Positions 35,627-45,355 of a stretch of 64,000 nt of DNA are shown here, in pieces. The notes beneath the pieces are model-generated. The model was not told where the DNA came from. It worked only from the letters and a program-made list of their open reading frames with translations, and ran no database searches. This DNA is from Planctomycetota bacterium (GTDB lineage: Bacteria > Planctomycetota > B15-G4), in contig JACKHP010000001.1 in NCBI GenBank assembly GCA_020638905.1, positions 282,792 through 346,791 of the forward strand, in the 5' to 3' direction. The position numbers and the translations under genes were made by a program. The stretch's first letter is position 1. Every line of letters begins with the position of its first letter.

Positions 35627-37756
35627 CTAGCGCACCACGAGCGGATCGGCCTCCACCGCGGCCTTCTCGGCGGCCGGCTTCAACTGGACGCGCGTGCACT
35701 CGTACTGCACGAGGCCGCCCGCGCGGCGCTCGCTCCAGCTCACGGCGTCGTCGAGGAAGTCGACGCTCTCGAGCACGCCGGTGACGCGTCCCAGCAGGTC
35801 GCCGAGCGAGTCGACGGTCCAGGCGTACTCGCCTTCGCCGACGGCGCTGCGCAGCGCCGGCAGCAGGAAGCCCTGCAGGCTCACGAAGCCGCGCACGCCC
35901 TCGGCGATGCTGCGTCCCCAGGGCGACAGGCTCGCGCCGGTGAGGTCGTCGCGTCCGAGCAGGTCGGCGGCCAGGGGACGTTCGTCGAGCCCGGGCTCCA
36001 TGTACGCGGCGGCGGCGAGGCAGCTGTCGAGCGCGTTCTGCGACGTGGTGAGCACGAAGCTGTCGCCGAGCACGCCGTACGAGAGCGGCGGGACGGCGAA
36101 CGGCAGCCCGCTCAGCTCGAGCGTGTGCAGCGACGCGTAGAGTCCCCCGCCTTCTCTGAGTTGCAGGTCGGGGACGAAGGGCGACTCGATCTGGGTCAGC
36201 GTCTCGTGCAGGTCGGCCAGCAGCGGCGGGACGAGCACCTGGTACACGGCTTCGAGCCGCGCGAGGCACTTGCGCACGCCGGACGGGTCGGCCAGCTTCC
36301 AGAGCGTCACGCTGTCGGTGGCGCCGGGCATCGCGTTCTTCGCGCGCGAGGGCATCGTCACGTTGAGGTGCTGGCTGCCGACCCACGAGAGCACGTCGCG
36401 CTCGAGCGAGAAGTCGGCGGCCGCGCCGAGAACGCGGCAGGCCATGAACACGGGACCGGCCCAGTCGTAGCGGTCTTCGGCCGCGCCGATCATCGCGCGG
36501 TAGATCGGCAGCACGTCGACGTCGCCGCGCATCTCGAACGAGACCGCGTCGGCCGGGACGTAGTCGAGCAGCTCAGGTGCGGCGGCCTTGGCGAGTCCGG
36601 CCTGGTACCACGGGTTCGCGCGGGTCGCCTCGGGATCGAAGCGCGTCACGGTCTCGAGCACGACCTCGTCGTCGACGCAGCGCGCCGTGGTGGCCACGGT
36701 CTCGATGTGCCGGTAGAGCTCCAGCGCGTCGTTGAGCGTCGACTGCCAGAAGCCGCTCGCGAAGGCGCGCCGCTGGACGAGCGCGACGACGTCTTCGACG
36801 GTGTCGACCTGGCGCTTCACGTCGACGTACTTCAGCGCGCTGACGTCCTCGGGGAGCGGGGCCACGGCGAGCTGGAAGCGCCGCGTGGCGAGCAGGCGCG
36901 GGGCCGTGCCGCCGCGCAGCAGCGCGAGGGCCTGGCCGAAGTAGCGCTCGCCCAGTCCCATGAGCAGCGTGTCGTCGCAGACCGCGAACTGCAGCACGGT
37001 CGTCTCGTCGTCGAGCGGGACGCGCACGGCGTAGCGCGTCGCCCGGGCCAGTCCGTCGGCGCCCAGGTCGTCGATGTCGAGCCGCGCGTGGATCGGCGAG
37101 GCCGCGGTGAGCGCGCCGAAGACCATCGCCAGCGAACGCTCGGCGTCGGCGGCCCCGTCGGCCCCCGGACGGCACGCGAGCAGCATCGCCGGCATGCCCT
37201 CGGCGCCGAACGCCGCGCCCGTCGACTCGGCGTACACGAACTCGTGCCCGAGCAGCTCGTCCCACGGGATCGCGCCGCCGAAGGTCGAGAACAGGTTGCG
37301 GTAGCCGCGCAGCTCGGTGACCAGCTCGGGCGGCGCGCCCGCCTTGTCGAGCGTGTCGAACACGAACCCGCAGAAGTGCGCGTCGCAGAACGCCTGCGCG
37401 ACCCGCGCGAGGTGCCCGTCGGCCAGCGCCGAGCGCGCGTCCGAGATCTTCTGGAAGGCCGAGCTCGTGTCCTCGGGCACGACGTCGAGCAGCCCGCGCG
37501 ACGTCCACGGGATCGGCGCGGGCAGCGTCACGGCCTGCGCGCCCGACGCGTCCTGCGCGGCGCCCTGGTCGCCGCCGACGCTCGCGGACACGCCGACCGC
37601 ATTCACCGAGGCCGTCGAGGTCGTGTCGACGAGCGTCCCGTCGACCGGGGACGCCGGCGCCACGGCGATCGCGAAGGCGGGTTCGATGGCCACGGACGCC
37701 GGATCGCCGGCCTGGGCCAGCGCGAACAGCGAGACGAGCAGCGGGACGGCGAGCAT
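35627..37756 (-). CDS. Secreted hypothetical protein (~709 aa)
   Basis: C-terminal part of ORF 35627..39238, starting at MLAVPLLVSLFALAQAGDP (signal peptide). Amino-acid composition is balanced through to the stop. Confidence 0.6.
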   Translation of the reverse strand: MLAVPLLVSLFALAQAGDPASVAIEPAFAIAVAPASPVDGTLVDTTSTASVNAVGVSASVGGDQGAAQDASGAQAVTLPAPIPWTSRGLLDVVPEDTSSAFQKISDARSALADGHLARVAQAFCDAHFCGFVFDTLDKAGAPPELVTELRGYRNLFSTFGGAIPWDELLGHEFVYAESTGAAFGAEGMPAMLLACRPGADGAADAERSLAMVFGALTAASPIHARLDIDDLGADGLARATRYAVRVPLDDETTVLQFAVCDDTLLMGLGERYFGQALALLRGGTAPRLLATRRFQLAVAPLPEDVSALKYVDVKRQVDTVEDVVALVQRRAFASGFWQSTLNDALELYRHIETVATTARCVDDEVVLETVTRFDPEATRANPWYQAGLAKAAAPELLDYVPADAVSFEMRGDVDVLPIYRAMIGAAEDRYDWAGPVFMACRVLGAAADFSLERDVLSWVGSQHLNVTMPSRAKNAMPGATDSVTLWKLADPSGVRKCLARLEAVYQVLVPPLLADLHETLTQIESPFVPDLQLREGGGLYASLHTLELSGLPFAVPPLSYGVLGDSFVLTTSQNALDSCLAAAAYMEPGLDERPLAADLLGRDDLTGASLSPWGRSIAEGVRGFVSLQGFLLPALRSAVGEGEYAWTVDSLGDLLGRVTGVLESVDFLDDAVSWSERRAGGLVQYECTRVQLKPAAEKAAVEADPLVVR

Positions 37757-37875
37757 GGTGGTGCCTCCAGTTCGGGACGACGGGACCTCCATCGTGCCTT
37801 CCGCGGGCCGCGCGCGATGACCTTTCATCGTCTCGTCACGGAACGCGGCCGCGGGAGCCGCCTCCACGATACGCC

Positions 37876-39162
37876 TCAGAACCCGCCGGCGAGGATCGTG
37901 AGCGCGCTCGGCCCGCTCAGCAGCGTCGCGTGGCCGGTGTCCTTCAGGAAGCACTGGCCGTAGAGCGTGGCCGCCTCGAGACCGAAGCTGGTCACGTCCC
38001 AGGCGACGAAGGGCACCTCGAAGACGCCGTCGGGCGCAGTGACCGTGACCACCAGCGGACCCTGCGGCGGGAAGCCGAGCGCGAACACGCCCTCCTTGAA
38101 GGGCAGCGGCAGGTAGCCGGGGGCGAGCGCGAAGAAGAGTCCGAACGTGTCGCCCTGCTGGCCCTCGTAGCGGATCGTCGTGAGCTGGTTCTCGCGCGTG
38201 GGCGACGCGACGACGAGCGCGCGGGGCGCGTGCGGGAGGTCGGCCACGGTGTCGCCCGGTGCGATCGACGTGTCGCTGCCCGGGGACGCGTTGCCACCGC
38301 CGACGATCGATCCGCCCGCGCCGGCGACGAACAGGCATTGCTGCTGGAACAGCAGGACGCTCCCGTCGAGGACGAGTCCGTCGCCGCCGTCGCAGGAGTC
38401 GGCCAGGGCCGGGCTGCAATGATCTCCACCCGCTCCGCCCTGCACGGTCACGCCCGACAGCAGCAGGTGCGCCGCGTGGGCGACGAGGCCGGCTCCGCCG
38501 GGGGCGCCCTCGTCCTCGGGCGTCGACCCGTCGGTGCCGCCCGTGCCGCCGGTGACGGTGCAGTCGGACAGGGTCATGTCGGCGCCGTCGACCGTGAGGC
38601 CGGGGCCGCCCGGCATGGCCGTGGGCGGGTGCGAGAACGGAGGACCCGAGTCGGATCCATCGCCGCCCCTCACCGTGCAGCGCACGAGGGTCACGCCCGC
38701 GCAGCCGTCGGCCGCGACACCCGGCAGGCCCTCGGTGCCGAAGAACACGGAGAGTCCGTCGGCACCGCGCAGGACGCAGTCCTCGACGAACAGCAGACCC
38801 GCGTCGTCGTGGCAGGACAGCGCCGGGTCGTTGGCGATGGGCATGAGGGCGAGGTTGCGCAGCGTCACGCTCTGGTCGGCGGCGAGGTGGCTCACCTCGA
38901 GCGAGCCAGCGATCGGCACGGGCTGCGTGTCGTCGCCCACGATCACGAGCGACTTGCCGTCGATCACCGCGAGCGTGTCGAGGGATTGGGAGGCGGGGCG
39001 CACGAGCAGCGTGTCGCCGTCGGACGCCGCCGCCACGGCCAGGCTGAAGGCGTTGAAGCCGTCGACGTCGAAGTCGACCACGATCACGTCGGCACGGAGC
39101 GGCGTCGCGCACGCCAGCAGCGCGGCCAGGACGAGGAACCGGACCGTCGTCGGAGGGGTCAT
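37876..39162 (-). CDS. Secreted right-handed beta-helix-like protein
   Basis: 428 aa with a signal peptide (FLVLAALLACATPLRA) and Gly/Asp-rich turns repeated between short beta segments (VTLVRCTVRGGDG, MTLSDCTVTGGTGG, LLLSGVTVQGGAGG). Confidence 0.6.
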   Translation of the reverse strand: MTPPTTVRFLVLAALLACATPLRADVIVVDFDVDGFNAFSLAVAAASDGDTLLVRPASQSLDTLAVIDGKSLVIVGDDTQPVPIAGSLEVSHLAADQSVTLRNLALMPIANDPALSCHDDAGLLFVEDCVLRGADGLSVFFGTEGLPGVAADGCAGVTLVRCTVRGGDGSDSGPPFSHPPTAMPGGPGLTVDGADMTLSDCTVTGGTGGTDGSTPEDEGAPGGAGLVAHAAHLLLSGVTVQGGAGGDHCSPALADSCDGGDGLVLDGSVLLFQQQCLFVAGAGGSIVGGGNASPGSDTSIAPGDTVADLPHAPRALVVASPTRENQLTTIRYEGQQGDTFGLFFALAPGYLPLPFKEGVFALGFPPQGPLVVTVTAPDGVFEVPFVAWDVTSFGLEAATLYGQCFLKDTGHATLLSGPSALTILAGGF

Positions 39163-39292
39163 CGTCGTCTCCCTGAGGCGATCTCGCGCCCCTCCCGAGG
39201 ATAGTGCATCCGTGCGGATCGTGGGGGAGACGCTGCACGCTCCGCGCCGTCAGGACCCGCCGGCGAGGCTCGTGAGCGCGACGTTCGGGGTC

Positions 39293-40630
39293 TTACGTCG
39301 ATCTGCGCGTGGCGGGGGACGCGAGCCAGTGCTCGCGATCGATGCCCGGCGAGGACTCGACCCGGGCGCCGAGCCCGTCGAGCAGCTCCGTCCAGCGCGC
39401 GGCCACGCGCGCGAGGGCGTAGGGCGCCGCCGCGTCCCGTGCGAGGGACGTGACGCGCGCGCGCTCGCCGCGATCGTCCGCCAGCGCACGACACGCGGCG
39501 AGCAGCGCCCGCGCGTCGCCCGGCGGGACGACCCGCAACGCGTCCCCCGCGGCGCGCGCCAGCGCCTCGGGGACGACGCCCGCGTACGCGACCACCGGCA
39601 GTCCCGCCGCGAGCGCCTCGAGGATCGCGACCGGCAGCCCCTCGGCCTGTCCCCACGCGGGACGCGCGTACGGCGCGACGAACACGTCGAGCCCGCGCAG
39701 GAACGCGCGCTTCGGTTCGCCGACGAGCGCGCCGACCCGGCGCGCGCGCGCGAGCGACGCGCAACGTGCGTCGACGGCCGCGCGCAGCGGTCCGTCGCCG
39801 GCCACGAGGAGTTCGAGGCGAGACGACGCCCGCCGGCGGCGCTGCGCGGGATCGGGATCGGGATCGGGATCGGGATCGGGATCGGGATCGGCTTCGGCTT
39901 CGGCTTCGGCTTCGGCTTCGGGCAACGCGTCGAGCACCTCCAGCACGCCCTTGCCGTCGACGAGCCGGCTCAGCATCCCCACCCGCGACCCCGCGCCGGA
40001 CGCCGCGCGCGCCGTCCGCGCGGCGACGATCGCGTCGACCTCGGCGCCGTCCCAGGGATCTTCGACGCCGCAGCCGAGCACCTCGGCGCGGCGGCCCGCG
40101 AGCGCTTCGAAGCGCGCGGCGATCTCGTCGCTCACGGCGCACAGGACGTCGCTGTGGCGCGCCACGAAGCGCGCGATCGTCCGTCCGCGCGGGCTGCGCT
40201 CGAGCCAGTGGACGTCGGCCGAGTGCAGCAGGCACGCGTGCTTTCGCCCGAGCAGCTTGCGGCACAGCGCGCCGGCCACGCCGCCGGGGACGGCCCAGTG
40301 GCTGAAGACCACGCGCGCGTCGCGGGCGGCGTCGAGCGCGGTGAGCGCGAGCGAGCCGAGGGTGCGCGCGCGGCCGCGGCGCGTGCTCGTCCCCGCGTGC
40401 AGGTTGGCCAGGGCGCCGGCGCCGTAGAACACGCCCGCGTTGCGGAACGTGCGGCGCGGGACGTTCGGCAGCGGCGGCTCGCCGATCAGGCGATCGTCGG
40501 GGCAGACGACGGCGCAGCGATGGGGCAGCGCACCCACGAGCGCGCTCACGAAGCGTCCCGTGGGGTCGGCGGGATGCCGCGGGAAGGTCGACGTGATCAC
40601 GAGCACGTCGGTCGAGCGGGGGCGACGCAT
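39293..40630 (-). CDS. GT4-family glycosyltransferase with an internal (Glu-Ala)5(Asp-Pro)7 insertion
   Basis: Internal start MRRPRSTDVLVITSTFP. C-terminal GT-B motifs (LLVAGDGPL, EGLPVAILEALAAGLPVV). The repeat is encoded at 39848-39919. Confidence 0.75.
   Translation of the reverse strand: MRRPRSTDVLVITSTFPRHPADPTGRFVSALVGALPHRCAVVCPDDRLIGEPPLPNVPRRTFRNAGVFYGAGALANLHAGTSTRRGRARTLGSLALTALDAARDARVVFSHWAVPGGVAGALCRKLLGRKHACLLHSADVHWLERSPRGRTIARFVARHSDVLCAVSDEIAARFEALAGRRAEVLGCGVEDPWDGAEVDAIVAARTARAASGAGSRVGMLSRLVDGKGVLEVLDALPEAEAEAEAEADPDPDPDPDPDPDPAQRRRRASSRLELLVAGDGPLRAAVDARCASLARARRVGALVGEPKRAFLRGLDVFVAPYARPAWGQAEGLPVAILEALAAGLPVVAYAGVVPEALARAAGDALRVVPPGDARALLAACRALADDRGERARVTSLARDAAAPYALARVAARWTELLDGLGARVESSPGIDREHWLASPATRRST
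39848..39919. repeat. Compound hexanucleotide repeat (GGGATC)7(GGCTTC)5
   Basis: Counted directly. The minus-strand frame reads (EA)5(DP)7 inside the GT4 gene. Confidence 0.95.
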
Positions 40631-41037
40631 GTCCAGGACTCCGCGGCCGGACGAGCGTAGCAGCCGGCGCGCTGCGGACGTCGCGCGAGTCCGCGCGCGG
40701 CGACGCGCCGTGCGCGAGTGTCGCGAGCGCCCGCGCGGTGCATCGCGACGTGCGCGCGTCGTGTCCCTTGCGTGCTCACGTGCGGACGCACGTGTCGCGA
40801 TGCGCAGCGTGGTGCGTCGCGGTGCGTCTCGCGCCGCGCATCGCGACGCGTCGCGTGCATCGACGCGCGCCGCGGTGTCCCAAGAAAAGGGACGCGCGCG
40901 CCACGAGATGCTTGAAACGGGGTCGTCCATGCGGAACGCTCTGTTCCGAGGTGGCGCGCTCGGAGGTGCGCGTCCTCTCCGACCCTCTCCACCTCCCCCA
41001 CGCGGAACGGCAGCACGCGATCATCGGGAGTCGCTGT

Positions 41038-41781
41038 GTGAAGCGAGCGAGGCGAGTCAATCCCGAGGAACTGTGGGAACGGTTCCTCCGCACCAAACGC
41101 CGCAAGTACAAGGACGAGCTGGTCGCGGCGTACATGCCGCTCGTCCGCCAGGTCGCCGAAGGCCTGGCCGCGCGCCTGCCGCGCACCGTCGACCAGGACG
41201 ACCTCATGGGGGCCGGGGTCTTCGGGCTGTTCAAGTCGATCGAGAACTTCGACCCCGAGCGCAACGCGAAGTTCGAGACCTACTGCCGCCTGCGCGTGCG
41301 CGGCGCGATGATCGACTTCCTGCGCCAGCAAGACTGGATCCCGCGCGAGGCGCGCAACCGCGGCAGCAAGCTGCACGAGGCCATCGCGGCGATGACCGAG
41401 CGCCTCGGCCGGCCGCCCACCGACCTCGAGCTCTCGCGCCACCTGCGCGTGAGCCTGCCGAGCCTGCGCGTGGCCCTGGGCGAGCTGCACTTCGGCTCGA
41501 TCGTCTCGTTCTCCGAGAACGGCGACGACGGCAGCGACGAGCGCTCCGACCTCATGTCCCAGGACCTCGAGCCGTCCGACATCCTGCTGCGGCGCGAGAT
41601 GTACGAGGTGGTCAAGCGCGAGCTGACCGACGTCGAGCGGCGCCTGGTCGACGCGTACTACTTCAAGGGACTCACGCTCAAGGCCATCGGCAAGCGCGAG
41701 GGCATCTCCGAGTCGCGCGTGTGCCAGATCCACGGGCGCATGCTCGACCGGCTGGCCGAACGGCTCGAGAGCGAAGTCTGA
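41038..41781 (+). CDS. fliA: RNA polymerase sigma factor, FliA/WhiG (sigma-28) family
   Basis: In-frame GTG 41038 in ORF 40738..41781. Region 2 (DDLMGAGVFGLFKSIENFDPERNAKFETYCRLRVRGAMIDFLR) and region 4 (LTLKAIGKREGISESRVCQIHGRML) are recognisable. Confidence 0.8.
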   Translation: MKRARRVNPEELWERFLRTKRRKYKDELVAAYMPLVRQVAEGLAARLPRTVDQDDLMGAGVFGLFKSIENFDPERNAKFETYCRLRVRGAMIDFLRQQDWIPREARNRGSKLHEAIAAMTERLGRPPTDLELSRHLRVSLPSLRVALGELHFGSIVSFSENGDDGSDERSDLMSQDLEPSDILLRREMYEVVKRELTDVERRLVDAYYFKGLTLKAIGKREGISESRVCQIHGRMLDRLAERLESEV

Positions 41782-41783
41782 GC

Positions 41784-42731
41784 GTGGTCGAGGGCCCGGG
41801 CGCCGACGACGCCGGGCGCGGCGAGCCGGCCGGACACGACGCCGACGTCGGCCCCCAGGTCGTCGCGCCGCCGTTCCGCCGCGAGGGCGCGCGGCTGCTG
41901 CTCGACGAGGTCGACCTGTTCGAGCTGGCCTCGGCGCTCCAGGGACGACCGGCGTTCCTGGCCTCCGACGCGGCGCTGGCTGCGGTGTTCGCCGAGCTCG
42001 GCGCGCGCACGCTGCCGCTGGGACTGCTCGCGCCGCCGGCGCTGCTGAAGCTCGCGGCCGACGCCGGATGGTGGGCGGCGGTGGGCTCCGTCCACGAACT
42101 CGACGTGGCGCTCGCGGCCGGCTTCGAGCCGTCGCGCTGCGCCGCCGTGGGCCGCGTCAAGGACGACGGCTTCGTGATGGACGCGCTCACCCGCGGCGTC
42201 GGCGCGCTCGCCGTCCACGACGCCGACGAGGCCGCCAACACCGAGCGCATCGCCGCGCTGCTGGGGCTCGCGGTGCCGCCGGCCGAGGGCGCCCCGCCGC
42301 TCGCGTCCGACGACGCCTTCGCCGCGTGCGGCGGACTGCTCGCGTCGGTGCTGCGCTGCACCGACGACGAGCTGTGGATCGACGCGCCGCTGCCCGAGCC
42401 GGCGCCGCGTGCGTCCGGCGCAGCGGCCGCGCCCGTGCTCGACGCGCTCGCGGTCACGAGCGAGGAGGCGCTCGACGCCGACGGCGCGCCGCCCGCGCGC
42501 GAGGTCGTCCTGCGCGGCTGGAGCCGGGGGGCGCGCCCGGACGTCGTGCGCCACGCGCGGCTCTCCGGCTGCCCGAGCCGCGGCGACGCGCTCGTGATCG
42601 TGCTGCCCGACGCCCTCGCGGCGCGTCCGCTCGACCCGGTGCACGTCACGCCCGACGTGGTGCTCGTCCACGGACACCTCTGGCGCCCGCTCGAACGCCG
42701 CGAGCTCCCGCCGCCGCCGCCCGAGGGCTGA
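41784..42731 (+). CDS. Orn/DAP/Arg-decarboxylase-fold protein, apparently degenerate (no obvious PLP lysine)
   Basis: Frame of ORF 40440..42731, starting at GTG 41784, 3 nt after the fliA stop. It has a LysA-like N-terminal barrel pattern (LLLDEVDLFELA..., VGSVHELDVALAAGF), but the YAVKAN-type segment reads LGLLAPPALLKL. Confidence 0.45.
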   Translation: MVEGPGADDAGRGEPAGHDADVGPQVVAPPFRREGARLLLDEVDLFELASALQGRPAFLASDAALAAVFAELGARTLPLGLLAPPALLKLAADAGWWAAVGSVHELDVALAAGFEPSRCAAVGRVKDDGFVMDALTRGVGALAVHDADEAANTERIAALLGLAVPPAEGAPPLASDDAFAACGGLLASVLRCTDDELWIDAPLPEPAPRASGAAAAPVLDALAVTSEEALDADGAPPAREVVLRGWSRGARPDVVRHARLSGCPSRGDALVIVLPDALAARPLDPVHVTPDVVLVHGHLWRPLERRELPPPPPEG

Positions 42732-42752
42732 GCGACCGCCCGGCCGCGCCGC

Positions 42753-43244
42753 TCAGTCGCGCGCGCCGACGCCCGCCGCGAGGGTGCCCTGCATGCCGGC
42801 CAGGGTCTCGGCCTCGCCGCGCGTGAGCGCCATCGAGATCGTGTCCCAGGGGCACATGATCGCGCACAGCGAGCACGAGACGCAGGTGTCGTAGTCGACG
42901 CGGCAGACCTGCGTCGGCGAGCTGTCGCGCGGGTCGGTCGAGGCCACCTTGTGGATCGCGTCGACCGGGCAGCACTCGAGGCACACCTCGCAGCCCGTGC
43001 AGCCCTCTTCGTCGACCCACGCCACGGGGCGCTCGTCCTTCTTGAGCTTGGGCGGGATCACGCCGAACGAGTTCTGGATCGCCTCGGCCGGGCAGACCCA
43101 CGCGCACAGCGAGCACTCGATGCACGTCTCGGGCGCGAAGATGCGGAAGGGCTCCTTGGTCTCGCCCTCGATGATCGACATGGGGCACTCCTTCGCGCAG
43201 AGGGAGCAGCCGACGCACTTCTCTTCGAGGATGAAGAAGGCCAT
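42753..43244 (-). CDS. Poly-ferredoxin with four 4Fe-4S binding motifs
   Basis: Starts MAFFILEEKC. Four CxxCxxCxxxCP motifs (CVGCSLCAKECP, CIECSLCAWVCP, CTGCEVCLECCP, CVSCSLCAIMCP). Confidence 0.85.
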   Translation of the reverse strand: MAFFILEEKCVGCSLCAKECPMSIIEGETKEPFRIFAPETCIECSLCAWVCPAEAIQNSFGVIPPKLKKDERPVAWVDEEGCTGCEVCLECCPVDAIHKVASTDPRDSSPTQVCRVDYDTCVSCSLCAIMCPWDTISMALTRGEAETLAGMQGTLAAGVGARD

Positions 43245-43582
43245 GGGGGAGTCTCTGGTCCGGGTCGGGGACGGGCCGCGGGAGCGGAGGCGAGCATCGA
43301 GCCACCCCGCGCGGAGCCCGCACGGGACGGCGACCGAGCCGCGCATCTTAGCCTATCGGACGCCGGGCGCGAGTCCATGCGCCGGGCATCCCCCGGCGGG
43401 GCGACGGCTCAGGGGGCGTCCGGTCTCCTGGTCGTCCTGCCCCGTGAGCGCGAACTGACCTTGCCCCGGTCGTGGACACGGGGTCGAGCATCAGCGGCCG
43501 TGCGGGCGGCTCGTGCGGTTCGGAGGGGCGCGCGGCGTCGAGCCCGGGGACCCTGGTCCCCCCGTCCCCGCCAGAACGGCCC

Positions 43583-44086
43583 TCAACCGCGCAGACGCAG
43601 CTCCATCACGATCTGTTCCGGCGCCGACACGTCACCCCAGGTGAGTCCCGGGGTCGGTGAGGCCACGAACTCCTGGGCGGGAGCTTCGGGGCTCGACTCC
43701 AGGTCTTCGGGGCTCCCGCAGAGCTGAGTGCGGGCATCGGCGAGGGTCTCGTCCGGGTGCAGGCCCATGATCGAGCAGACGACGCTGTCCTTCGAACGCG
43801 TGTCGAGCACGCATCCCTTTTCGACCGTGGCGATCAGGACGGATCCGACGACGACGTTGAGCTGCACACTCATGGTCCGGATCGTCGACTCGTCGCCGAG
43901 CGGCCTGAGGGCACCGGACAGGGCGATGCTCGCGGACACCTCGAATGACTGTGAAGGCGAGGCGAGCACGTGACCTGCGCTGACCCACCAGCTCCGCTCT
44001 GACGCTTGCGTCTCGTGCGACGATCCACCGGCGAGAGCGACCATCGACGACATGAGGACTGCGAGGATGCAGGTCAGCCGATTCAT
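43583..44086 (-). CDS. Small secreted hypothetical protein
   Basis: Internal start MNRLTCILAVLMSSMVALAGG (signal peptide), with GGAGA 7 nt upstream of the start. GC is locally reduced. Confidence 0.5.
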   Translation of the reverse strand: MNRLTCILAVLMSSMVALAGGSSHETQASERSWWVSAGHVLASPSQSFEVSASIALSGALRPLGDESTIRTMSVQLNVVVGSVLIATVEKGCVLDTRSKDSVVCSIMGLHPDETLADARTQLCGSPEDLESSPEAPAQEFVASPTPGLTWGDVSAPEQIVMELRLRG

Positions 44087-44203
44087 TTCCGATCTCCAGG
44101 ACCCATCAGTTGCACACGAAGAACACGTCATTGCAGTCGTCCACATCGCCCCAGGTCGTCGAGGGTGGCCACGGGATGACGCACACTGTGCGATCGGCGT
44201 ACC

Positions 44204-44620
44204 ATGGCGTCCATGAGCCGCCTGCCCGAGAGCCTGCGCGCCCACGTCGTCGCCCCGCGCTGCGCGGGCGAGCCGGACGGCGGCTTCACGCATCGCGGCG
44301 AGGCGCGCAACGCGGCCTGCCGCGACCACCTCGTCCTCTACCTGGCGCTCGACGGGGCGAGCCACGTGCGTGCGGCGGGCTTCCGCGCCACGGGCTGCCC
44401 GGCGGTCATGGGGACGGCGTCCGCCGCGGCCGAGCTGCTGGCCGGGCTGGTCGCCGACGCCTCGCTGCCGGACGCGCTGCGCGCGCGCTTCACGGCGGCG
44501 CACGGCGAGCCGCTCCCGCTGCACCGCCACGCCTGGGCGCTCGTCGAGGAGGCCGTCGGCGCCGCGCTCGCGAGCCCGTCCGATCGCGCCGGCGCCGACG
44601 GCGGGACGCAAGCGCGATGA
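44204..44620 (+). CDS. IscU/NifU-N-like domain protein (divergent)
   Basis: 138 aa. NAACRD and GCPAVMGTASAAAELL resemble the IscU Cys motifs, but the third Cys position is not conserved. Confidence 0.5.
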   Translation: MASMSRLPESLRAHVVAPRCAGEPDGGFTHRGEARNAACRDHLVLYLALDGASHVRAAGFRATGCPAVMGTASAAAELLAGLVADASLPDALRARFTAAHGEPLPLHRHAWALVEEAVGAALASPSDRAGADGGTQAR

Positions 44621-45312
44621 GTCCCGCGGACGGCGCGTCGACGCGGCCGTCCCTCACGATCACGAGGCGTTCGCCGGCGCTCGTCTTCGTGCTCGCACTG
44701 CTCGCGGCGTTCGTCGCGCTGCTCGCGGCCGCGGTGCTCGCCTATCCCGGCGGGAGCTGGGCCGACGCGACGGCGCCGGGCTTCGACCCGCTGCGCAACG
44801 TCTGGTGCGACCTGATGCGCAGCGAAGCCGTCGACGGCTCGCCGAACGGACTCGCGCGGCGCCTGGCCCAGGCCGCGTTCACGGCCCTCGCGCTCGCGCT
44901 GGGTCCGTTCTTCGGGCTCGCCGCGCGGCTCGTCCCCGAGGGACGCACGCGCGGCGCGGTGCGCCTCGCCGGCGGCGCGAGCGCGCTCTTCGTGCTGCTC
45001 ACGGCGGCGCTGCCGTACGACGGCTACCGTCCCGCGCACTCCGCCGCGACCCTCGCCGCCGGGTCGCTCGGATTCGTGGCCACGCTGCTCGTGGCGCTGC
45101 GCCGCACGCGTGAGCGCGACCTGCTGCCGCTCGTGCTCGACGCGGCCGTCGTGCTCGCGTTCGTGACGAACATCGCGGTCTACGCCCCGCTCGTGCTGGA
45201 CGGCGGGGGCGACGGCGCGGCGCTGCCGATCGTGCAGAAGGCCGGCACGCTGCTGCTCGTGGCATGGATGGTCGTCGTCGCGCGCGCGGGGGCGCGGCAA
45301 GGCGTCGCGTAG
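44617..45312 (+). CDS. Hypothetical polytopic membrane protein
   Basis: The ATG overlaps the upstream stop (ATGA). The protein has about six hydrophobic helices. Confidence 0.55.
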   Translation: MSPADGASTRPSLTITRRSPALVFVLALLAAFVALLAAAVLAYPGGSWADATAPGFDPLRNVWCDLMRSEAVDGSPNGLARRLAQAAFTALALALGPFFGLAARLVPEGRTRGAVRLAGGASALFVLLTAALPYDGYRPAHSAATLAAGSLGFVATLLVALRRTRERDLLPLVLDAAVVLAFVTNIAVYAPLVLDGGGDGAALPIVQKAGTLLLVAWMVVVARAGARQGVA

Positions 45313-45355
45313 CGCGCCGCTCGGGCGCGCCGGACACGCCGCGGGCCGGGTCCGC

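Noticed and set aside
44128-44310. 60-aa minus-strand ORF overlapping the start of the IscU-like gene
   Set aside because: Arg-rich, with no motif, and it overlaps a better-supported plus-strand gene.
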